Shown: positions 46,944-58,435 of the stretch, one piece after another
Layout of the letters: each line of letters begins with the position of its first letter
Numbering within the stretch: position 1 is the first letter of the stretch
DNA from: Octopus bimaculoides
Lineage: Eukaryota
DNA length: 64,000 nucleotides
Reading direction: 5' to 3'
Assembly: GCF_001194135.2 (NCBI RefSeq)
Contig: NC_068982.1
Coordinates: forward strand, 124,222,313-124,286,312
Translations under genes and position numbers: made by a program
The notes under the pieces: model-generated
What the model saw: only the letters and a program-made list of their open reading frames with translations
Database searches by the model: none
What the model was told of the DNA's origin: nothing

Positions 46944-49900
46944 CAACAAGAGAATAAGTAGTCCGTTGGTAACACTTTTCCCATAATTTTCTTCAATCAC
47001 CACAGAGATTCACCCATCCATCTTTCCCCTCTTATTTCATTGTGGAATTATTTAAATGTCTTAGCGGATCGATACCACTGTAATAGTGGAAGAAGAAACT
47101 GAAAGGGGACAAAAGTTGGTGAGCTAGTAGATGTTCATAAGTGCAGGCTTGCCTATCAAGTAAGCTAATTTTCCATGAGAGGAGGTATTCTAGTATGTGT
47201 GTATTATGATGTGCATCTCTCACAGCATTTCCCTTAATCAATCTGCATCCTGTCAAATTCTCTGTATCACTTCTCTTGTATTAACCTTCCAGTAACTTGA
47301 AGGTATGTCCAGATACATCTTCACCATTTACTCTCTCTTTTCCATCTGGAGTAGCCATTATTTCCTCTGCAGTGAGACACTCCTGTCTATCATACTTTAA
47401 CCTCCCACCAACTGGTATAAAGCCAGGTCCCTCAATACTACATATCCCTAGTTAAGGGGTTTTGTGTTGCAAGTTACTTAGTGATCTCACTGGTGCTGGT
47501 GAGTGTCATGAAAAAAAAGCACCCAGTACACTCTGTAAAGTGGTTGGCATTAGGAAGGGTATCCAGCCGTAAAAACCAAGTCAAAGTAGACACTAGAGCA
47601 TGGTGCAGTCTTTTGACTTGCCAGTTCCTGTCAAACCATCCAACCCATGCCAGCATGGAAAATAGACATTAAATGATTGTGTTTTGTAGTAGGTTATCAG
47701 TAACTTAGAGCTATTTATTTATTGTTCTCTCTCTCAGAAACCAGAGTTCATTGTTTGTTGTGAGGCAATTTTGGCTGTGGGAAATAGCTAAGGTTTCCAT
47801 TAAATGTCATTTGACGTTATTAAATCTTCTAAAAAGATTATTTTGTATGGTTTTCATTTCTTTTCAATGTGGGTCACTGAATTTAATAGTAATCGATATT
47901 TTACAAACAAGTTAAGATAAATATTTCATGTATTATGTGTAAAGTTATTCATATATTCTTTTTAGTGTGCTTCCCTATGACTCATTTTCACTGTTATTTT
48001 TGCCCTTATGGCAGCACCACCACTGCAGTCTTCAAACAATTTGAAAAGCAAGATAAGTGCAGCCGGAATGAGAAGATAGGGTGCAGCCTTATTATTTGGT
48101 AAGGCTAACTGGACATTCAACCTGTTTTGATACTGGAGGCATGCACAAGAGTATACAAAAATATATACAGAGAGAGAGAGAGAGAGAGATTACAATTTAT
48201 TAACTGAACATGTTTGACATGAACATTTTCCCTCTCCTCATACACATAAAGAGAAATATGCTCACATACATAGAGAAAGAGAAAAAGAGACAGAAACATT
48301 AAAACATCTAATGTCAAATAGGCCAGCATTGAATCAACAATGCCAAATAGATGGCACCAAAATGCTGTGTCAAAGCATCTCATACCTGGCCCAACAGTCA
48401 TTGACTGCTGCAGTGCCTCTTTGCGTAGATATGTTAAAGTGTGCAACAGGATTGTAGCACAGATTAAAGAACAGCATATTCAAGGTGCAAACTCTACTGC
48501 ACTGATTTCCAATCTTTTAAGGCACTAAAACTGTAATGGCACTCTGTCAGCTTTAAAAGTTTTTGAAACTAAGAAACTGGTATTAAAATTATTTAAAAAT
48601 AGATGGGAGCTTGGACTTTGCCACATTGAAATTACTATACACTGGTATTAACTGGCACTTTGTTGGTTACTACAACTGTTTCCATTGAGCTGATCTATGG
48701 AACAGCCTGATTGTAAAAATTAACATGCAAATAGCTGAGCACTCCACAAACATGCATACCCTTAATGTAGTTCTCAGAGAGATTCTGTGTGATGCAGTTT
48801 GTGGTAAGGCTGGTCCTTTGAATTTACAATGTTTTTTGTCAGCTGAGTGAACTGGAGCAATATGAAATAAAGCATCTTGCTCAAAGGCACAATGTGCTGC
48901 TGGAAATTGAACTCATGATCTTATAATTGTGAGCTGAATACCGTAACCATTAAGCCCTGTGCCTTTACATACATTGGTATAGTGCAGTAAAAGAAACACT
49001 CAAGTTTTTCTTCATATTGTGATATTTTTGACTCACCTTTAAAACTTAATAATAATCCTTTCTACTATAGGCACAAGGCCTGGAATTTGGGGGAGGGGGG
49101 TATAGGTGATTACATCAACCCCAGTGTTTCACTGGTACCTAATTTATTGACCTCAAAAGGATGAAAGATAAAGTTGACTTTGGTGGAATTTGAACTTACA
49201 ACACAAAAATAGATGAAATACTGCTAAGCATTTTGTCTGTCATGCTAACAACTCTACCAGCTCACCAACTTAATAATAATAGTAACAGCAACAACATTGT
49301 TATCATCATCATCATCATTATGACCATTGTCTTCTATCAGTGGAGTAATGACAAAGGTCAATTTAAAGTTGCCTCGTTATTGTTGTTCTTATTAACTCCT
49401 ACTCAACTCTGATTGGACAATTGTTCTAGTCATGACTATCCTATTTTCTCTCAGGTATTGTATGTCTAGGGCAACATTGTCTTTCCATTCTTAAGACGGT
49501 AGGGTGGAAATTTAGCTGTTATTTCTAGCAGGTCACATTATCATTTAATAGCTCTCTTGGCTTGTGATTGGTCACTAATGTAGATATTTTTTGCTATGTG
49601 TTAGCTTTTGTTAAAAAACCCTGTTAAAGCTACTCCTAAGATATAATTTATTGCAAAAATTACCCCTTTAATCATAATCATCATAATTTTAATGCCCAGA
49701 ATTCATTTAGGTAGATTTTACTGCAGCTGGATGCTCTTCCTGCGTCTAATCCTCACCTGTTTAATATTTCCCTATGGCCAAACATGTTTTGATTGCAGAC
49801 TGGAAACAAGGGATTCCACTTATAAAACAACGATGCTCATTTATAACTGCCCCACTGATGTCCAAACAAGGAGACAAACACACATACAAATATGGCAGGC

Positions 49901-51374
49901 CTGTTTTAGTTTCCATGTACTAAATCCACTTACAAGGCTTTACTTACTTACATATTTTAGCCTCTCAGCACCTCACACAAAACCACCTCCCTCTTTCAGA
50001 TAATTCCCATCCCAATAACTAGTTGTTAGGGGCTTTTTCCCTGTTTTTTTTTTGTTTTGTTTTGCATGTTATTTGATGATCTCACGCGTGCCAGTGGCAT
50101 GAAAAATGCACCCAGTACACACAGTTAAGTAGTAGGTGTTAAGAAAGGCATCCAGCTGTAGAAATCATGCCAAAGCTCACACTGGAGCTTGAGGCAACAC
50201 TATGGCTTGCCCACTGAAGGTGCGTGGCTTAGTGGTTAGGGTGTTGGAATTATGATCATAAGATTGTGGTTTCGATTCCTGGACCAGGCAGCACATTGTG
50301 TTCTTGAGCAAAACACTTCATTTCATGTTGCTCCAGTCCACTCAGCTAGCAAAAATAAGTAATCCTGCGATGAATTGACATCCTATCCAGGTGGAGAATT
50401 TATATGTCATGAAACTGGGAAACTAGTCCTTGTGAATCAGCATGACTTGAGAAAGTAACTTTACTTGCTAGACCCTGTCAAACCATGGAAAAAGGATATC
50501 AACTCTTAACCCTTTAAACTAGCCATATCTGTCCCAAATATTCTACCTCTTTTATGATCAAACTAACCAGATCTGACCTCTCACACCTACCTTATAATGT
50601 CATTCCAAAAGTAAACAGTCACATCATTGAATTCTCAAAGTTATGAGATAAAACATGATTAATTCAAATTAGTGTGAATAAATAAGTATTACATTTGACA
50701 GAGTAATGTGAATGCTAATGGGTTGATGCTGATGATGGTGGTGATGATGTTCTCTTTGATGGTCTCTTAATACTTTCAAATAACTCAGCTGAATTTACAA
50801 TTCTTCCATATTGATGGAGTTCTAAAATTAATGAGAACATTTATGAAGATTCTAGAACAAAATTATCTTTTGATGAAAATACCTTTTTTATTAAAAAGGT
50901 CTATTGAGGCACAGTTACTCATAGAATCAAGTGATACAAGGTTGAGTGTGAAAGCCTTACTACATCCAAGATATTACATTTCTCACCTCAGTTTGTCTTG
51001 TTGAATAGACGCTGCATTAACTTCTGATGAATGGTACTCTGCATTTTCATCAACAATTTAAATACTTATACTTCAATTTGTGGACCCTTCCCACATGTAA
51101 AAAGCACGATAAAATAAATAAATATATATAAAAAATAGTCAATAATATTTATATAAGTGCTTTAAATTAAACATTAAAAAGACAATTTGTTTTTGTATTT
51201 TTGTATTTAATTTCTGTTTTTAGACTATATTTTTTTATAATCATAAAAAACTCTAATATATGTTTTGTAATGTATAAATCATAAATAAAATTATATTTCA
51301 TTTTTATACTTGTTTTCATTTTGTTATTTTTCAAAATTTCATTTTAATGAACTTCTAAACTTTTCAGAAAAACA

Positions 51375-51885
51375 AAACAAAATAGAAAAATAATCCATCA
51401 AGCATCTACCATACTCTGAACGCCTTGTTTCTCTGGATATAGATCCATGGAAGCTCTGACATCTGGCTTGGTAAACACCCACAACATTATTAACCATTGT
51501 GCCAACACCCACCTTAAGCACCTTTTTGAGTTCCATGTGTCTAACACATGTGGGCATGCTTACAAAGTCAGAAAACAGCACAGCTCCCATGACTTTTGGA
51601 AACATTTTTTCACACTCAGAGTAGCTGAAGCATGGAACAAACCACCTGCATCAGGTGTTCGTTGCTGAGACATTGCATCCTTTAAAACCTCAATGCTTCC
51701 TGAAATTTGCCCACACTACACCTGACATCCCCCCACTCCAAATACATGCACAAGTGTATATCATGACTCATACACTGTTCACTTTCCTGACTTTTGTAAA
51801 TAATTCTATGTATTGTACATGCACCTTGGACGAGCTGTAGTGCACCTGAGCACTATACACAATAATTTCATTATTATTATTATTT
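51375..51885 (+). mobile_element. CR1-clade LINE 3' end with (ATT)n tail
   Basis: TCGHAYKVRKQ...KHFFTLRVAEAWNKPPA...SFK is the CR1 ORF2 C-terminal motif; the 3'UTR matches 1100-1285. Confidence 0.85.
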
Positions 51886-52558
51886 TAAGAAACAAACTGT
51901 AATTGTTTTGTTGTTAGTATTGTTGTTGTTTAATCTATGGTCTGAGATATCCCAGCTATGACCATCCTGTCTTTATTGCAGTATATCTAGAGCCACATTA
52001 TCCAATGTATCATTCTTTATTTTATGATGGGAGAGTGTCACTTAGTGGAAATTTGACTGCCATTTCTAGCATATTGATAGATTTCATAGAAGCTGTTTGT
52101 TGACTTACTGTTTTGACTTATTGGATAAGTTTGTATTTAAGTTATTGATAAGAAGCAGCACAAAATATAGATACAGAAAAGGAAAAACAAGCATTCCAAG
52201 AAATCAGTAAATTAACCTTTTTAATGCCAACCTGCCTGAGACATCCCTAGTTCTGTGAAGCAAACTTCTTGTTGTAAAGAGATCTAGATTAAAAACTTCC
52301 ACTAGAATTTTATGTAAATTCAAATTACAGATATGAACTTATTAATGGTTTCAGATTTTGGCACAGGGCCAGAAGTTTTTGAGGGGAGGGGTAAGAGTCG
52401 ACTATATTGACCCCAGTACTTGACAGGTACTTATTTTATTGGCCCTGAAAGGATGAAAGGCAAAGTCAACCTTGGTGGAATTTGAACTCAGAACATAAAG
52501 AAGAACAAAATGCTGCTAGTCATTTTTGCTCATCTTAACCATGCTAATATTTTTACCA

Positions 52559-52795
52559 GTGCAGTGTAATGGTGGCACACTTGTCGCGTAAACATAGCAG
52601 TGTGGGTTCGAGTCCCACGCGTATAGAAAACCCTACACTTTTTAGTGTTAGGAAGGGCATCCAGCTGTAGAAACTATGCCAAATCAGACTGGAACCTGGT
52701 GCAGCTCTCTAGCTTACCAGTTTCAGTCAAACCGTCTAACCCATGCCAGCATGGAAAGTGGACATTAAATGGTGATGATGATGATGATGATGACT
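52559..52795 (+). mobile_element. SINE H: tRNA-Thr(CGT)-like head fused to the RTE tail
   Basis: gcagtgtaatggt A-box, loop cgCGTaa, perfect T-arm GTGGG-TTCGAGT-CCCAC, followed directly by the C/RTE tail and (GAT)n. Confidence 0.65.
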
Positions 52796-55032
52796 GCCTT
52801 ATAAGAACTTAATAATGACAAAATCATTTTAAGTAAATTCTTCATTATTTTTGAGATTGTTACTTGAAGTGAGCTGGTAAATGAAGATATATTTTGCTGG
52901 CTATGTGAATAAAAACTGAAGCACACTGAAATATGTATTGCCAGATATAAATATATTGGATGTTGACTATTTACAATGAATGACATAAATGTTTGCTGAC
53001 TGTTAGAGAGATGGAGTGCTCTGAAATTATAGAACGCTTTCTGTGTGATAACATGTGGTCAGCCCCAAAATATACAAAGTCATCATCATCATGGGTTGGA
53101 CGATTTGACTGAGGACTGGTGAACCAGATGGCTACACCAGGCTCCAATCTGATTTGGCAGAGTTTCTACAGCTGGATGTCCTTCCTAACGCCAACCACTC
53201 CGAGAGTGTAGTGGGTGCTTTTATGTGCCACAGGCACGAAGGCCAGTCAAGCGGAACTGGCAACAGTCATGCTCAAAATGGTGTATTTTACGTGCCACCT
53301 GCACAGGAGCCAGTCCAGCGGCACTGGCAACGATCTCGTTCAAATGATTTTTCACGTGCCACCGGCACAAGTGCCAGGAAGGCGACACTGGTAAAGTCCA
53401 CTGTGTAAATCTCTGTGGTGACAGAGTTCTTTGGCTATCTGTCCTTGGCCATCTGCTGACTGAGATAAAGAGAAAAACTGTGCCATGTCTGCAGAAGTTA
53501 ACTTATGAGACACCATGTGAATGTTCCGAGAACCTGGAAATGTTTGCAGAAATATCTGGAAATGTCATCATGGCAAGAATGGAAGCATGTGTTGTTCAGC
53601 TGTCTTCAACACTCTTGTGATTAATTGAGCAGCAAAAGGTGTTTCATAAGATACAAGAAAGAACATTCTAGAAAAACAACTTCACACTGTTTGGTTGCTT
53701 AATGGACCTGTAGTGGTTCACTCATAGTGTCTGGTTGATTATCTAGTAGATGAAATTTTGAATCACCGCCACAAAATTAGCTGAAAGAAATGTATATTTT
53801 AGCAAAGACATAGTAATAAAAAGGATTTAATAGAAATAAGTCTTCTTGGAGCGTACATGTTCAGAAGCTTATCCAGATATTTAAAGCATCTTACCTCACT
53901 CTAGCCAGGTAATCTTATACTTCCTCTACAGCAAGACACCTGTATTTCTCACTATAACCTTTTCATCATCCAACACAAGATCACCTTAGGTTGAGAGTGT
54001 ATGACACCCTATAGAATGGACAGCAGAATGTTATAAGTTAATCACCAGAGGTCATTGTTACTTTCAGTCAGGTGGACTGGAACAATGTGAAATGAAGTGT
54101 TTTGCTCAAGAACACTACAAGGTACCTGGCTTGAGAATTGAAGCCATGATCTAATGATTGTGAGTCCAACACTCTAAACACAAAGCCACATGTTTTCAAA
54201 AATTAAATAGAAATGAGAGCAAATTAATCAGCATTGTTATGTTTGTTTTAAAGAAGAGTATCAGTTGTAGAAATTATATCAAAGCAGGCAATTGAACTCA
54301 TTGTACTTTTCTAGCTTGATCCATTCAACCGAAGCCAGCATGGAAAACAGGTATTAAACAAATATGGTGATAGTGGTGGTGGCAGCAGCGGCGATGGTGG
54401 TGGTGATAAAGATGATGATGACAATGGTTTGTGGCTAATTTGTTATGTCCCAATAATTATGATAATAGCCATTGACTGAGTAATAATTCTGCAGCTATTC
54501 TAGGCTTACAACACTTAGTAGAAAGTTAATATTGGGAGATTCAGTTGTTAAATAAGACTGGGAATTCTCTTAAGATACATAAATTGAGTTATCAGTTGAA
54601 GAACCTCAAGAAAGCTATAAAAAACGATTAATAAAATTACTAATTAGAAACAATTTATGAAAATTTATTTATTTATTCATTTTAGATTTATTCAAATTCA
54701 TCATTACTTTTAGTTGATAATTCCAAGAATTTAACCCTTCTGATACCAACCTGCTTGAGACCATTTCTGGTTCTATGATACAAACTTTCTGTTTCAAATA
54801 TTCTACATTAAAATCTTCAATCAAAATCTCATGTAAACTTATAGTCTCAAACACCATCTTAATAACAACAAAGTTATTTTGCTAAATTCTTCAATATTTT
54901 CCAAATTATTTTTACACAATGGCAACATTATTCAAAAGAAATATGGTAACAAAAGGCTTAAACAATACAACAAAATAGATTTTAAAATGGCATTAAGTCT
55001 ATTATATGGAAACTATTAGCATTGAGGTTAAA

Positions 55033-55388
55033 TTATTACCTCCGCCTTAGTGAAGGCAGAGGTATTGTTCTCAGTCGTGTTTGTTTGTTTGTCCGTGGAC
55101 AAGATATCTCAAGAACTGCTGAATAGATTCAGATGAAACTTTCAGGGATGTTTGGCCTTATGACTGGCATGAACTGATTAAATTTTGGGATCGATCTGGT
55201 ACCGGAAAAGGATTCTGGATTATTTTTCCTGTTTTTTTGAGAGCGGTCTGGTTCATTTTTAGTATTCTTGTTTGTGAGAGCAGTCGAGTATATTTCAGAT
55301 ATTCTCATTTTAAAAATCATCTGTAGCTAATCGCTGAGAGGACATTGATGTTGCCTTGGCAGAGGTTTGCACTCTCTGCATGCTCTTG
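55033..55388 (+). mobile_element. Helentron-associated (HINE/DINE-1-like) element
   Basis: TTATTA-CCTCCGCCTT-agtg-AAGGCAGAGG 5' hairpin, (TGTT)n, subterminal CCTTGGCAGAGG, ends CTCTTG|TT. Confidence 0.7.
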
Positions 55389-56674
55389 TTATTATGTTCA
55401 ATCTAGTGATACTCCAAGAATAGAAGTGACAGCAGAATGCAAGACTGAGTATATTATATTACACTATCCTGTGATTAAATACCATTATGTTTAACTTTAT
55501 CTTTCTTCCCTCAAGAGAGTAATAAAATATGTCATGTTTGATAGCAATATATACCAATATTCAATTTATATTTCCACGATGCTTACTAATAACATGATAC
55601 AGTGCTTGAGTGCTGTGCACAACCATCATCATTGCCACTCCCTCTCCTTCTCCCTGTACCCCTCCTTCTCCTTTTAGCGTCCATTTTTTTCCGTACTGGT
55701 ATGAGCTGGGCGATTGTGTTATTTATCTTAGTTCTGTATTAAGTGATGTGCACGTTTTTGCTATCTTTATAGATTTATTTTTCTTTCTCTGCACTAAGGA
55801 TGGAATGGAATAATATCATTTATCATTGACACAAGGTCACAAATGTTGGGAATTGCTGAAATAAATTTTCAGAACTTAACTATGCTTATTTTATCAATTC
55901 TATACAGAATGATGTAAGTGGGGTTTGCTCTCAGAATGTAAAGGAATGTAACTAAACACCACAAGGCATTTCGTTTGGTGCTCTACTGATTTAATATTAT
56001 CAAGTATGAAAATAAAAGTAAAGACGGGGTGCTCCAGCATGGCCACAGTCAAATGACTGAAACAAGTAAAAGAGTAAAAGAGTAAAAGATAAAGAATATA
56101 GGAAAAATATCTATTTTGAACTGTGAATTACTGGTGCATTAATGGCGTTTTAGTTATCATACTGTATTTATCTTTTATATATGTATATATCATCATCATC
56201 ATCGTTTAATGTCTGCTTTCCATGCTGGCATGGGTTGAATGCTGCCACCCTGCTGGCTTAGGTGAGCAGGCCAACATTACTCCTAATTGGAAGGCTAGTC
56301 TGTTGCAGGGTAACCTATTTACAGCTGAGTGGACTGGAGAAACATGAAATGAAGTGTTTTGCTCAAAAACACAATGTGAGGCTCAGTTCCAATCGCTGGA
56401 TTGTGAGTGCAACACTCTAACCACTAAGCTACATATATGTATGTATGACGAGTTAAGCAAAAATTTAGATTCAGATGAATTAGGTACTTAAGTTGAGGTA
56501 CCAGAATTTAGTACGGTATTATCCATACAATTTCAAAACAATTTCATAATAGGGTGATTGAAATCAAAATAAGCAACAGGATATTCAGAGGTAATGCAGT
56601 ACGATTGTTTCAAGCGATTCCATTTAATTGAACAATGCAATCGTTACATCATTTAATTCTATGTATTTATGCAT

Positions 56675-57088
56675 AGGCGCAGGAGTGGCTGTGTGGTAAG
56701 CAGCTTGCTTACCAACCACATGGTTCCGGGTTCAGTCCCACTGCGTGGCATCTTAGGCAAATGTCTTCTACTATAGCCTCAGGCCGACCAAAGCCTTGTG
56801 AGTGAATTTGGTAGATGGAAACTGAAAGAAGTCCGTCGTATACATGTATATATATATATGTGTGTAATGTGTGTGTGTGAGTGTAATGTTTGTGTGTCTG
56901 TGTTTGTCCCTCCAACATCGCTTGACAACCGATGCTGGTGTGTTTACATCCCCGTAACTTAGCGGTTTGGCAAAAAGAGACTGATAGAATAAGTACTAGG
57001 CTTCCAAAGAATAAGTCCTGGGGTCGATTTGCTTGACTAAAGGCAGTGATCCAGCATGGCTGCAGTCAAATAACTGAAACAAGTAAAG
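56675..57088 (+). mobile_element. Full-length tRNA-derived SINE family B
   Basis: A/B-box head (gtggctgtgtggtaag...gggttcagtccc), (TA/TG)n, tail ...aaatgactgaaacaagtaaag; antisense copies at about 6238-6780 and 44162-44545; further copies at 1-125, 13620-13780, 15650-15810, 28495-28625, 31460-31870. Confidence 0.85.
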
Positions 57089-58360
57089 GAGTTGAGGATT
57101 GCTCTGCACTTAAATTGCTGTAATGATTCCATTGTTCAATTAAATGGAGTTGCTTGAAACAATCGTACTGCATTAGCTCTGAATATCCTGTTGCTTATTT
57201 TGAGATATGTATGTATGTGTGCCTGTGCATATACTCTTATCTCAACATCATGTGAGCAAGCATCACTGTCATACACAGATGAGAGTTGGCGACAGGAAGA
57301 GCATCTGGCTGTAGAAAATGTGCCTCAACAAATTCCATTTGACCCATGCAAGCATAGAAAAATGGACAATGATGATGATGTTGTCTAGGGCCAGGTCAGT
57401 AATATTAAGCAGACCTGTGATCAATAGCATTCTAGCTATGACCGTCCCATTTATTACTTTTTTTCTTTTTATCAGTGGCAATATATCTTAATATTTTATT
57501 ATTAAATGTGTCCCATTTTCTAAAAGGTGCTGGTGTGTGATTTGAGGGAGATTTGATTTGGCTGCTATTTTTAGCAGTTGAATGACTGCATGGAGACTCT
57601 TTTCTTCATTCATTTAATGTATGATTTTGTCAGATTGTAAATGTCAATGCTAATATCAATCTGAGTTTATCCAATTATTTACATTACAGCATAATGATCA
57701 TCTAATTGTTGTTAATCATTCTAAGAACTACAAATGATTGAAAAAAAAAAAAGCCCTAACAAAAACAAAAACAACAACGAAAACAGAGGAATGTGATTGA
57801 ATCCGTTCAGAAGCATGAAAAAAGAGTATAGTGAAGGCAATGTTCTCTTTAGTGAGCCATGTTTGAAGTATGCTGTAAGTCACTTAGTGTGATTACAATA
57901 TTTAGAAATTGCAATCTGTGGGTGGATCATAATTACAGCAAAACTAGGAAAAACGATGCCTTTAAGTGTATTAAATGTAGCAGTATATCTAATTGTAAGA
58001 AATCATCATCATCATCATCCATTTCCTATTCTCGCATGGGTTGGATGGTTTGACAGGAGCTGGCAAGCTGAAGGGCTTCACCAGGCCCCAGTTGTCTGTT
58101 TCGGAATGGTTTTTATGGCTGGATGCCCTTCCTAATATCAACCAATTTACAGAGTGTACTGGGTGTATTTTATATAGTGCCAACATGGGTGCTTTTTATG
58201 TGGTGCCAGCACAAGTACTTTTTACATGGTACCAGCATGGATACTTTGTACGTGGTGTTGGCAAGGGTGCTTTTGATGTAGCACTGGCATGGGTGCTTAT
58301 TATGTAGCACTGGCACAGGTATTCTTCATGTGATGCCATCACAGGGTTAGGGTTAAGGTT

Positions 58361-58435
58361 ATACGAGTGGTATATTTGAAAACATGGTGCTGCACAGAGT
58401 GAGACATTGCACTGCTCACACACACAGTGTTCCAA
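58361..58435 (-). pseudogene. piggyBac transposase C-terminal cysteine-rich domain remnant
   Basis: CVCEQCNVSLCAAPCFQIYH fits the piggyBac/PGBD motif C.C..C...LC..PCF..YH. Confidence 0.75.

Noticed and set aside
48322-48528. Open frame after an AG, a possible alternative CEP290 last exon
   Set aside because: Poor polypyrimidine tract, no coiled-coil character, and the conserved terminal exon already exists at 46833.
58344-58360. TTAGGG telomere-like repeats
   Set aside because: Only 2-3 imperfect units; too short to call an interstitial telomere.
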